This document shows positions 8,387 through 17,704 of a DNA stretch of 52,943 nucleotides, piece after piece. Both the position numbers and the translations under genes were made by a program. Below the pieces are notes generated by a model. It was not told where the DNA came from. It was given only the letters and a program-made list of their open reading frames with translations, and did no database searches. The stretch is from an uncultured cyanobacterium (GTDB lineage: Bacteria > Cyanobacteriota > Cyanobacteriia > Leptolyngbyales > Leptolyngbyaceae): contig CAVYAN010000001.1 of NCBI GenBank assembly GCA_963766075.1, positions 1-52,943 of the forward strand. Reading direction: 5' to 3'. How positions within the stretch are numbered: the first letter of the stretch is position 1; each line of letters opens with the position of its first letter.

Positions 8387-10582
8387 ATGCCACAATCGAT
8401 AGGTCACATCACCGGCCACGCCCCCAGCCACACCCCCAGCCAAGCCACGAGCCACACTACGGTAAGAGACATGTTAGGCACCCTGCTGCACCAACGCTAC
8501 AGAATCATCCAAGTACTGGGCAGTGGCGGGTTTGGGCAAACCTATTTGGCCGAGGATACCCAGTCATCGCCGCTGCGACCTTGCGTGGTGAAGCACCTGA
8601 AACCCAGCCGCCAGGATCCCGAATTTCTGGCGATCGCGCGGCGGCTGTTCAGCACAGAAGTGGAAACCCTGCGAAAAGTGGGGAGTCATGATCAAATTCC
8701 GGCCCTACTGGACAACTTTGAGGTGGACCAGGAATTCTATTTGGTCCAAGAATATATTCCCGGCTCACCCCTCAGTCAGCTTTTAGGCACGTCTCCCTGG
8801 CCTGAAGCCGAGGTAATCGTCCTGATCGAAGATATGCTGCGGGTGCTGGATTTTATCCATTGCCATCAGGTGATCCACCGGGATGTGAAACCCAGCAACA
8901 TTATTCGCCGACAATCAGACGGTAAATTTGTGCTGATTGATTTTGGTGCTGTCAAGGAAATTCAGACTCAAATTACCCGCACCGCTGGCCAAACCGATCA
9001 CACCATCGGCATTAGCACCAAGGGCTATGGCCCCAGTGAGCAGTTGATGGGCAAACCTCGCTACAACAGTGATATCTATGCCCTGGGGATGACGGCCATT
9101 CAGGCATTAACAGGATTACAGCCCACCCAATTGCCCACCCATCCTGATACGGGGGAAGTGATTTGGCAGGATCAGGCGATCGCCAGCCCCAAGCTCCGCG
9201 CCATTTTAGACACTATGGTCCGCAGCCATTTTAGCCAGCGCTACCCCTCAGTCGCCGCCGTGCTGCAAGCCCTCGACGCCACCTTTATCCCCACGGACAG
9301 CACCCAAATCCCCCACAGCCAAATCCCCTTAACCGAACTGAGCGCCGAGCAGCTAACCCAGACACAGCCGAACCCCATCCCTAAAACCACTGCGCCTGCA
9401 CCCTGGTGGGTTGTGGGTGTCGCCAGCATCGTGATCACGGGCCTAGTGGGAGGACTGCGGCACCTCGGTGGGTTGCAGCCCTTGGAATTGGCCCTCTGGG
9501 ATCGACTAGCGCAAATCAGTGCCGATCCCGGTCCCGACCCGCGCCTATTAATCGTCGGCATTACCGATGCCGATATTGCCGTCCAGAAGCAATTCCCCCT
9601 CTCGGACCAGGTCGTAGCCCGCACCCTACAAACCGTGCAGCAATACCAGCCGCGCGCCATTGGTTTGGCACTGCTGCGAGACGTACCCCAGGCCCCCGGT
9701 CGTCAGGCATTACAAGCTGCGCTTCAGAGCACCCACGCCGTCATCATTGCCAACAATTTCACCACAGCGACAGCCTTAAAAACGCCGCCCTTGGGCCTGC
9801 CCTTGGAGCGTATTGGCTTTAATGACGTTCTACCTGATGCGGATAGTGTCATTCGGCGAAGCTTGTTGTTTGCGGATGTGACGTTGGACCAAGGACAAGT
9901 GATGACGGTCTCGTCCTTTGCCTTGCAGGTAGCCCTCGCGGCCCTCGCACCTGCGGGTGTCACTCTGTCCAATCATCCCGCAACGCCCGATACGATCCGT
10001 TTGGGCAAAGCCACGTTTCGGCCCTTGGAAACCCATGGCGGCGGCTACCAAAATCTGGATGCGCGAGGCTACCAAATTCTGATGCACTATCGGGGCAGAA
10101 CTGTTGCCCCCCAGGTTAGCCTCACCCAATTGCTCCAAGGGCAAGTGGCCCCCGAACAGATCAAAGACAAAATTGTCCTCATTGGCACTACGGCGGTCAG
10201 CGGGCGAGATTTGTTTTTAACACCGTACAGTGCCATTGAGCCGGAGACACCCCGTATGGCTGGTGTAACGGTCTATGCCCAGATGCTGAGCCAAATTTTG
10301 AGTGCCGCATTGGATGGCCGATCGCTGCTGGCAGTGTGGCCCGATGACCTAGAACTGCTGTGGATCGGCGCATGGGCGATCGCAACAGGGCTAGTGGTTC
10401 GACGGGTACGACACCCATTGATGGCGGGTTTAGTGGCTATAGCGGCCCTCGGGTTGCTGGGCAGTGCTGGAGCTGGCCTTTTTTTCATGCAGCACGTTTG
10501 GGTGCCGTTGGCCGCTCCGGCGATCGCACTGCTGGGCACAGGGGCGGCGATTGCACTTTACTCCGCCTCGCGGTCCGTTTAA
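8387..10582 (+). CDS. Ser/Thr protein kinase with C-terminal CHASE2 sensor and TM helices
   Basis: GSGGFG, VVK, HRDVKPSN, DFG; TM segment, then CHASE2 motifs (PDPRLLIVGI, DADSVIRR, KIVLIG) and three terminal TM helices; alternative start 8471. Confidence 0.9.
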   Translation: MPQSIGHITGHAPSHTPSQATSHTTVRDMLGTLLHQRYRIIQVLGSGGFGQTYLAEDTQSSPLRPCVVKHLKPSRQDPEFLAIARRLFSTEVETLRKVGSHDQIPALLDNFEVDQEFYLVQEYIPGSPLSQLLGTSPWPEAEVIVLIEDMLRVLDFIHCHQVIHRDVKPSNIIRRQSDGKFVLIDFGAVKEIQTQITRTAGQTDHTIGISTKGYGPSEQLMGKPRYNSDIYALGMTAIQALTGLQPTQLPTHPDTGEVIWQDQAIASPKLRAILDTMVRSHFSQRYPSVAAVLQALDATFIPTDSTQIPHSQIPLTELSAEQLTQTQPNPIPKTTAPAPWWVVGVASIVITGLVGGLRHLGGLQPLELALWDRLAQISADPGPDPRLLIVGITDADIAVQKQFPLSDQVVARTLQTVQQYQPRAIGLALLRDVPQAPGRQALQAALQSTHAVIIANNFTTATALKTPPLGLPLERIGFNDVLPDADSVIRRSLLFADVTLDQGQVMTVSSFALQVALAALAPAGVTLSNHPATPDTIRLGKATFRPLETHGGGYQNLDARGYQILMHYRGRTVAPQVSLTQLLQGQVAPEQIKDKIVLIGTTAVSGRDLFLTPYSAIEPETPRMAGVTVYAQMLSQILSAALDGRSLLAVWPDDLELLWIGAWAIATGLVVRRVRHPLMAGLVAIAALGLLGSAGAGLFFMQHVWVPLAAPAIALLGTGAAIALYSASRSV

Positions 10583-10675
10583 CCCTAGAATTTTTAGGGT
10601 TGTTCCGGATGCGGTTCAAGCCCCTCGCCTGCCCTGGTACGCAATGGACGGCATCGGTTTAGGGACGGCGTCGGT

Positions 10676-11755
10676 TTAGGGACGCACATATTGCCGCCGA
10701 TCGCCCAGCAATTCGGCAGTGGGGAAACCGGAGCGATCGCCCTCAATTTTCAGTAAGCCATTCAGCATAGTCGCTGGCGGCACCTTGTGGGGCCAAGCAA
10801 AGGCATGGCGAAAGGCGGATTGCTGACAGGCTTCCAGTTCTGCAAAGCCGATGATGTCGTAGGTCAGTAGATTTTCGTACTCAAAGGGCAACCGAACATT
10901 ATGCAGGCCCGCGTTATCGGTGCAAATAGCAATATCAACTCCGGCATCAAAGCAGCGATCGAACACAACTTTCAACTCGGAAATATCCTTCATCGTGCCG
11001 GTTTTAGGATACGTCGAGGGGCAAACTTCCAGGCACTGGCCCCGCTGGGCGACTTGCTTCAGCAAATGGGGCTGTTTCAGGGGAATCTGGATGCCGTGGC
11101 CAATCCGCATCAGGTAGGGAAGCAGCGCTTCATGGCAGCCATCGGGGGTTTCGTACAAATGGCCTGTGGTGTTAAGGCCCAGCGATCGCGCATAGGCATA
11201 CAACTCCACATATTCATCCATGCGCTCGGCATAGTGGTTATCACCCCCCGCCAGATCGATCGCGCACACATACTGCCGCGACTGGGCTGCCAAATCGACG
11301 ATCGCCCGATTCACCGCATAGGGCAAACGGGCGTGCATGCAGAGGATTTGACTCGTGACAATCGGATATTCGATCAATTGGCTGGCTTTGCCAACAATTT
11401 CGACAATTTCGGCCATGCGATCAATCCGCTCTATTTGTCCCAAATGCTCCGGTGTGCGCAGGTAGGGGGTATAGCGCAGTTCTAAATAGGCCAGGTTTTC
11501 AAAGATGTAGGCTCCCCGCATCAGGCGATAGATAAAGTAGGGCAACGCCTCGGCGGTTTGCACCCCTTCCACCAGGGTATGCAGCTCCAAGTATTCGTCC
11601 AGGGTGTTGCGCGGGCGCGTGTAGAAGTCCTCGAAATCCGGATAGTCCACAAACCGACTGATCAAATCAGAATCATGCTGCTGCAAATAGCGCCACAGAA
11701 TTCTGGGTACAACAGAACCGCCTAGGTGGCGGTGAAGTTCCGCATATAAAGCCAC
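10676..11755 (-). CDS. Adenosine deaminase family metallohydrolase
   Basis: AELHRHLGGS, GHLYE, RIGHG, LEVCP, ICTDN; GTG start. Confidence 0.85.
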   Translation of the reverse strand: MALYAELHRHLGGSVVPRILWRYLQQHDSDLISRFVDYPDFEDFYTRPRNTLDEYLELHTLVEGVQTAEALPYFIYRLMRGAYIFENLAYLELRYTPYLRTPEHLGQIERIDRMAEIVEIVGKASQLIEYPIVTSQILCMHARLPYAVNRAIVDLAAQSRQYVCAIDLAGGDNHYAERMDEYVELYAYARSLGLNTTGHLYETPDGCHEALLPYLMRIGHGIQIPLKQPHLLKQVAQRGQCLEVCPSTYPKTGTMKDISELKVVFDRCFDAGVDIAICTDNAGLHNVRLPFEYENLLTYDIIGFAELEACQQSAFRHAFAWPHKVPPATMLNGLLKIEGDRSGFPTAELLGDRRQYVRP

Positions 11756-12525
11756 AGGCACCTCTATTTATTTAGGATGGAAGATATTTAGAATGGGAGA
11801 AGTAGCAATCGATACCGTTCTGGATAGAACTGGACAGAGGCGAATCAGCGATCGCCTGTGGGAGTTGGACGACAAACGTCTACTGAATAAGGGGCATTAT
11901 CCGCAGACGATCCAAACCCTGGGGTTTCAAATCGTGCAGAACTTAAATAGCGGAGAATTCAAAAACAGTGGAGAATTCAAAAATAGTTTCAGTTCAGCTT
12001 TCCAGGAATTCCTGTACGGCCCGATTTTACGCATTTGACATATCTTAACGAACTCTTTCTCAAAATGCTTGTGTTCTCCGATGACTTCTACAACAAAATC
12101 AATTTCACAATCGGCAGGAAGTCTAGCGGCAGGAAGTCTAGTGGTGAGTGATGTACGCGATTCGCTTCGGTTGATACGCGATCGCGCCAATCCACCTTTT
12201 GAGCGCTTATTCTTGCCACACAACGCCATTATCGGATTTTGAGCACGCTATCCTAGATCGGCTACAGCGTAGTTATAAGAAGTAGTTATAAGAAACAGTA
12301 TTGAACCCGCTCCGCCAGAAGAATTTTATTCTATAAAAATAGAATACTCTCCTGCCCTTAAGTCCCCAAAAACATCTACCCCAAAACACCTGAACAGTAG
12401 GCCACAGGCAAAATTAACCCTGAAAGTGGGCAAAGTCCCCATCAGGAGAGGTGCTGTACCCAATTACACGTAGCGGGTTGAGCAAGCTTGTGTAGAGTGT
12501 AAAAGGTGTTTTTTGGATAAGTGCG

Positions 12526-13944
12526 ATGGATTGGTTGCTGTCCTCGTCGAGTTGGGTGTCTGGGGGGGCAGGGCCCCTGGGGGGACACTGTGCCCCAGTC
12601 TTGGCCACGGTGGAAGCAGAAAGTGCCCCGCTCGTTCTAGCGGGTGTTTTGCTCAGTTTAGTAGTGGTCTTCTTTGCCAGCAAGGTGGGGGGAGAACTGT
12701 GCGCCCGAATTGATTTGCCCCCGGTGCTGGGCGAGCTGGTCGCTGGGGTGGTGGTTGGCATTTCCGCCTTGCACCTGCTGATTTTTTCAGACGGCGGTGC
12801 CATTAGCGGCAGCGATTCGGCCCTGATGCAGTTTCTGCAAACCTCGGCCCACTTGAGTCCAGAAGCCTTTGACTATGTATTTCAGGCCCAGGGCGAAGTG
12901 ATTTCCGTCCTGGCGGAATTGGGCGTGGTGATTTTGCTGTTTGAAATTGGCTTGGAATCGGATTTGAAGGAACTGCTGCGCGTAGGTCCCCAGGCGACGA
13001 CCGTGGCGGTGGTGGGGGTGGTGATGCCCTTTGTGATGGGTACGGCGGGATTGATGGGGATTTTCCACGTCCCCACGATTCCGGCGATTTTTGCGGGGGC
13101 GGCGCTGACGGCCACCAGCATTGGCATTACCGCTAAGGTCCTCTCGGAAATTGGCCGACTGACGTCGCGGGAAGGTCAGATCATCATTGGTGCAGCGGTG
13201 ATGGATGATGTGCTGGGAATTATCGTGCTGGCGGTGGTAGCAAGTTTGGCACGGGATGGCCAGGTGGAAGTGGGCAATGTCATTTACTTAATTGTCAGTT
13301 CGGCGGTGTTTTTGGTGGGGGCAATTTGGCTAGGGCGGTTGCTGAGTCCGGCGTTTGTTGGTTTGGTGGATGGGTTGCAGACGCGCGGAAAATTGCTGCT
13401 GGCCTCGCTGATTTTTGCATTTTTGCTGTCCTATGTGGCGCAAATTATCCACCTGGAGGCGATTTTGGGGTCTTTTGCAGCGGGGTTGATTTTAGCGGAA
13501 ACCGAAAAGCGTCAGGAATTAGAGGCACAGATTAAGCCGATCGCGGATATGTTGGTGCCGATTTTTTTCATTGTGGTAGGGGCACGCACCGATGTGGGTG
13601 TGCTGAATCCCTTTGTGCCGGAAAATCGGGAAGGGTTGCTGATTGCATCGTTTCTGATTTTGGTGGCGATCGCGGGCAAAGTGGTGACTGGGTTAGCGGT
13701 GTTTGGCCAAGCCGGAATTAATCGGCTGGCGATCGGGGTCGGCATGATTCCCCGCGGTGAGGTGGGGCTAGTGTTTGCCGCAGTGGGGACAGCCAGCGGC
13801 GTATTATCAAAGTCGCTAAATGCCGCGATCATTGCCATGGTGATTTTGACAACGTTTGTTGCGCCGCCACTGCTGCGGGTTGTGTTTTCCAAGGGGGATG
13901 CGGCTTTGGGCGATGCGGTGCCGCAAGGGGGGCAAGATAGCTAA
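12526..13944 (+). CDS. nhaS3: Na+/H+ antiporter (CPA2, NhaS3-like)
   Basis: Multi-TM protein with PPVLGELVAG, ATSIGIT, GAAVMDDVLG and GMIPRGEVGL. Confidence 0.85.
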   Translation: MDWLLSSSSWVSGGAGPLGGHCAPVLATVEAESAPLVLAGVLLSLVVVFFASKVGGELCARIDLPPVLGELVAGVVVGISALHLLIFSDGGAISGSDSALMQFLQTSAHLSPEAFDYVFQAQGEVISVLAELGVVILLFEIGLESDLKELLRVGPQATTVAVVGVVMPFVMGTAGLMGIFHVPTIPAIFAGAALTATSIGITAKVLSEIGRLTSREGQIIIGAAVMDDVLGIIVLAVVASLARDGQVEVGNVIYLIVSSAVFLVGAIWLGRLLSPAFVGLVDGLQTRGKLLLASLIFAFLLSYVAQIIHLEAILGSFAAGLILAETEKRQELEAQIKPIADMLVPIFFIVVGARTDVGVLNPFVPENREGLLIASFLILVAIAGKVVTGLAVFGQAGINRLAIGVGMIPRGEVGLVFAAVGTASGVLSKSLNAAIIAMVILTTFVAPPLLRVVFSKGDAALGDAVPQGGQDS

Positions 13945-14014
13945 GTCAGATCACGCAGCAACGCCACGCTGGCTGGGGCAGAAAGGCTACCGTGAATTGG
14001 CTTGCTATCCAGAG

Positions 14015-14080
14015 TCGCAATTACCAGGATCGCAATTACCAGATCGCAATTACCAGATCGCAATTACCAGATCGCAATTA
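14015..14080. repeat. 14-bp tandem repeat (TCGCAATTACCAGA), about 4.6 copies
   Basis: Read directly; the last partial unit contains the stop codon of the 14078 gene. Confidence 0.95.
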
Positions 14081-15016
14081 AGCGCCCAGTGTTGCCATGG
14101 CCGCAGCCACCTGACTGGAAACGAAGGGCAGGATTTCCGGATTGGCGCTATGCGCCTCGCCTTCAGTAAAGACCACCAGCAAGTAGGGCAGTGTGTTGGG
14201 CAATTCGATATAGGCGGCATCATGGCGCACGCGACTCATCAGTCCTGCCTTAGACCAGACGTGGGCGCTGGCCGGAACCCCAGCGCCGATAAAGCCCGTC
14301 ACTTGATTTTCGGGATCCGCCGCGAGATCCTTGGGGTTGAGCGATCGCCGCATTAACTCCAACATCTTCTGCGATCGGCCCGCCGAAGCCGCTACCCCAC
14401 CAACAATGCCGTGGAGCAACCGCGCCGTCGCGATCGTCGTCAACATATTGCGATTCTCGAAATGCTCTCCATAGAAGGCCCGTTCCCGCCCATAGGGACC
14501 ATCGCCCCAGGTCTTCTGACACACATTAATCGTCGCGAACTCGGGCCACTGGAACGATTGCAAGTATTGGTTAACCAACTGCCGTTGGCGCTGCCAGGTG
14601 GCAAAGGGCTCCGGAGGCAGCTCTGGCCCACTCGTCGTGCCCGTTAGCACATCCACGACCAATCCCGTCCCATCATTACTGGAATCGACGATCATATCTC
14701 GAATGGCCCGCTCCAGTTCTGGCGAGGGCTGCACCATGCCCTGCTCCAGCCATTCATGAATCGCCACCAAATAAAATAGCTTAACCACGCTGGCGGGATA
14801 AATCAGCTCCACCCCGCGATAGCTGAAGCCACGGGGTGAATATTTCCAAAATTCCGCTGGTGTAATGGCACCGCCGGTATTGATGGGGGCATGGGCATCG
14901 TAGACCAGCCAAGTCAGGGCAATTTGGTTCCGGGCAAGACTAGGAAATGCCGCCCAGGTGGTTTCCAGGATGCGATCGCCCCAGTGCTCCAATGCCTCAT
15001 TTTTATGAAAAAACAT
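14078..15016 (-). CDS. Serine hydrolase, class A beta-lactamase-like (cyanobacterial PBP-A type)
   Basis: SxxK (ASVVK), SSN, KAG and RHDAAY motifs. Confidence 0.8.
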   Translation of the reverse strand: MFFHKNEALEHWGDRILETTWAAFPSLARNQIALTWLVYDAHAPINTGGAITPAEFWKYSPRGFSYRGVELIYPASVVKLFYLVAIHEWLEQGMVQPSPELERAIRDMIVDSSNDGTGLVVDVLTGTTSGPELPPEPFATWQRQRQLVNQYLQSFQWPEFATINVCQKTWGDGPYGRERAFYGEHFENRNMLTTIATARLLHGIVGGVAASAGRSQKMLELMRRSLNPKDLAADPENQVTGFIGAGVPASAHVWSKAGLMSRVRHDAAYIELPNTLPYLLVVFTEGEAHSANPEILPFVSSQVAAAMATLGA

Positions 15017-15164
15017 CACGCCCAATTCCGCAGTGAAAGACCGCTTCTTATATTACGCAATGTTCAACTTAAATCGTGTTAAGGAGGACAGGGGAATTAC
15101 CTGTGACATCGCGATGCCGCCAACCTGATCCGCAACTCCTGACCGGCCAACCCCTAACCCACCA

Positions 15165-15200
15165 AGAAAAGGGAAACCGGAAATCTGGTTTCCCTTTTCT
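15165..15200. terminator. Intrinsic terminator-like hairpin downstream of the Spy/CpxP gene
   Basis: AGAAAAGGGAAACCGG-AAAT-CTGGTTTCCCTTTTCT inverted repeat. Confidence 0.65.
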
Positions 15201-15277
15201 CGGCAGCAGCCTGAGGCAAAGAACAGTGGACAAGAGACGCACCGAACGTCCTCTGTTTCCTGCCTCCTGCCTCCTAC

Positions 15278-15745
15278 CTAAGAGGGGGTCCTATGGTTCT
15301 GGCGCATTTGTTCCTTCTGTTGCCGTTGGGCGGGCGTGAGCACGGCATCCATTTTTTGCCGAGTCTCGGTGCGGACTTGCTGCATGCGAGCCTTCTGATC
15401 CGCTGTCAAGTTCAACGATTCCCAAACTTGGCGATGCTGTTTGCGATCGCCCTTCGCCGCGGCCAATTGCGCTTTTTGGGTTGGGGTCAGAATAGCATCG
15501 ATTTGGGCCTTACTCGCTTCTCGAATGCTCTTGAGTTGCGCTTTTTGCGCCTCCGTGAGGTTTAATTTGTTACCGCCACCCCGATGGTGCATTTCTCCCG
15601 TCGGGGTGGCGGGGGGTGCCGATTGTGCCAAGGCCGGCACAATGGTCCCTACGGCGATCGCTAACGAAGCGGCAGCAGCCATCAGCGGTAAAGCCTTAGC
15701 AGCAATATCATTTTTTTTGAAGAGGGGCGTTAAATGAACAGCCAT
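15278..15745 (-). CDS. Spy/CpxP family (LTxxQ motif) periplasmic protein
   Basis: Signal peptide plus four LTxxQ motifs (LTEAQ, LTPTQ, LTADQ, LTPAQ); AGGAG RBS. Confidence 0.85.
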   Translation of the reverse strand: MAVHLTPLFKKNDIAAKALPLMAAAASLAIAVGTIVPALAQSAPPATPTGEMHHRGGGNKLNLTEAQKAQLKSIREASKAQIDAILTPTQKAQLAAAKGDRKQHRQVWESLNLTADQKARMQQVRTETRQKMDAVLTPAQRQQKEQMRQNHRTPS

Positions 15746-16124
15746 AGTAGCTCCTAGAGAGTATTGCGTGATTGAATGTGCTTTGTCGAACGCTTCTTGG
15801 TTCGATAGTCTTATCCTAGGCCATGGCTAAGATCACCACCTGATGCAAACGTCCCGATGTTTGTGGGACTAAAGTCCTAGTTGGCTTTCTTGCTATCGCT
15901 AACGTCATAGAACATGGCTGTTCAAGAGACCGCTGATCACCCAGGCTGTTAGAGTTAATAGGTGTGATTTAAGGCTAGGCTAATAGAAGGCTAAGCTAAT
16001 AGAAGGCTAAGCCGTTGGTCAGCACCAGTCCTCGATCTGGCTGTCTCGAACTGGCCGTAATGAATAGGTCCGCAATGAATACGATCAGAATCACTGAAGT
16101 AAAATAAAATTCGAGTGACTGTCC

Positions 16125-17069
16125 ATGAATAATGGCTGGATTTATGTCGATCGCATTGCTGCTACGGCTCAGGGGCAAACTGTTTTAGAGTATTACTGCG
16201 ATCGCTATGCCCACTCCAGTCGCACCCTCTGGCAAGACCGCATTATGGCGGGCGAAATCCAGCTCAACCACCGCCCCACCGCTCCCAATGTCGTTCTACA
16301 ATCGGGACAAATCCTGACCTATCACCGCGCTCCTTGGCAGGAGCCGGAGGTTCCCCTCGCCATCGACATTTTGCATGACGATGCTGATGTCTTAGTTGTC
16401 GCCAAGCCAGCAGGGTTGCCCGTGCTGCCTGGAGGTGGCTTTGTGCAAAATACCCTGTGGTGGCAACTGCAACACCAGTGGGGCTATGCCAACACCTACC
16501 CAATTCATCGCTTGGGCCGGGGCACCTCCGGTGTGCTGCTGCTGGCCAAACATCGACAGGCACGGGCATGGCTAAGCCAGCAAATGCGCGACCACACCGC
16601 CTCGCGGGCGGGCAGCGATCGCCCCCTGCGAAAAATCTACCGAACAGTGGTGACGGGTGTGCCTGAGTCCGATTGCTTCACCCTGACCCATCCCATCGGC
16701 AAGCGTCCCCATGCCACTCTAGGCTATCTCTACGCTGCCCAGGACGATGGCCTACCGGCCCAAAGCGATTGCCGCGTGCTGCGCCGCGATGACCAGACTG
16801 CACTACTGGCGGTCCAAATCCACACAGGCAGACCCCACCAAATTCGCATTCACTTAGCGGCGGCGGGCTTTCCCCTGATGGGGGATCCGCTGTATGCGAT
16901 CGGTGGCATCCCTCACATCGATAAACCTGCCGCCAACGGAGAGCTGCCGGTTCCTGGAGACTGTGGTTATCACCTGCACGCCATGCAGATTTCCTTTGTG
17001 CATCCCCGGGGCCATGACCTGACAATCACGGCTCCGCCACCCGCCATCCTCGCCCATGGCAACGAATAG
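16125..17069 (+). CDS. RluA-family pseudouridine synthase-like protein with S4-like N-terminus; catalytic Asp replaced by Gly
   Basis: KPAGLPV, HRLGRGTSG, KIYR, TGRPHQIRIH, GDPLY, LHA. Confidence 0.85.
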   Translation: MNNGWIYVDRIAATAQGQTVLEYYCDRYAHSSRTLWQDRIMAGEIQLNHRPTAPNVVLQSGQILTYHRAPWQEPEVPLAIDILHDDADVLVVAKPAGLPVLPGGGFVQNTLWWQLQHQWGYANTYPIHRLGRGTSGVLLLAKHRQARAWLSQQMRDHTASRAGSDRPLRKIYRTVVTGVPESDCFTLTHPIGKRPHATLGYLYAAQDDGLPAQSDCRVLRRDDQTALLAVQIHTGRPHQIRIHLAAAGFPLMGDPLYAIGGIPHIDKPAANGELPVPGDCGYHLHAMQISFVHPRGHDLTITAPPPAILAHGNE

Positions 17070-17095
17070 TCCCCCAGAATTCCCCTGTGCGCACC

Positions 17096-17569
17096 CTAGG
17101 GATTTTCCCGCAGGCGTAGTGTATAAGATGGACGACGATCCTTGGCGTAGGAGCCCACCCAAATCCGATAGGTCCCCGCTAACCACTGTCCCGTGATGCC
17201 AGGATTTTTGTCCTCATCATCGTCATTGCACCAGACCCCGCCGGGACCCTTAATCACAACAGAAGTATCTTCCGGGCTTTGCACCTTTAGGCTCAGGGAA
17301 TTAAAAAAAGCCCCGAGAACGAGCGTTTGATCGGGATTGCCTTCCACATAGCCAGTGCAGTCCCCAGTGGCGGTGGTGGCTGCTCCCGCCACACTTGCGG
17401 CAGGCACAGTTCCACCGCCCGTACCCCGCAAAACTATGGGATTCGGGGAAAACCCGGGACTAATCGCCCGCTGGGCCCGGGCAGGAGCGGTGATGACGAT
17501 CGCAGCAAAACTGGCTAGGGCGATCGCCCCCCCAGCCAATGGGCAGAACTTCAGGGCAGAGTACATCAT
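17096..17569 (-). CDS. Conserved secreted hypothetical protein (pre-peptidase C-terminal-like beta domain)
   Basis: Signal peptide; CTGY, GPGGVWCNDD and GTYRIWVGS motifs. Confidence 0.65.
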   Translation of the reverse strand: MMYSALKFCPLAGGAIALASFAAIVITAPARAQRAISPGFSPNPIVLRGTGGGTVPAASVAGAATTATGDCTGYVEGNPDQTLVLGAFFNSLSLKVQSPEDTSVVIKGPGGVWCNDDDEDKNPGITGQWLAGTYRIWVGSYAKDRRPSYTLRLRENP

Positions 17570-17704
17570 TAGAGCAGTTATACGACAGGGTGAGAAAATT
17601 ATGAACGAACAAGAGCATCCAATTCCAGAGACGCCTGGACCATCAGAGAGTTCCCCAGCCAGCAGTTTTCCAGCCGCCTAGAGCCCTCTGAGACAGCAGA
17701 CAGA

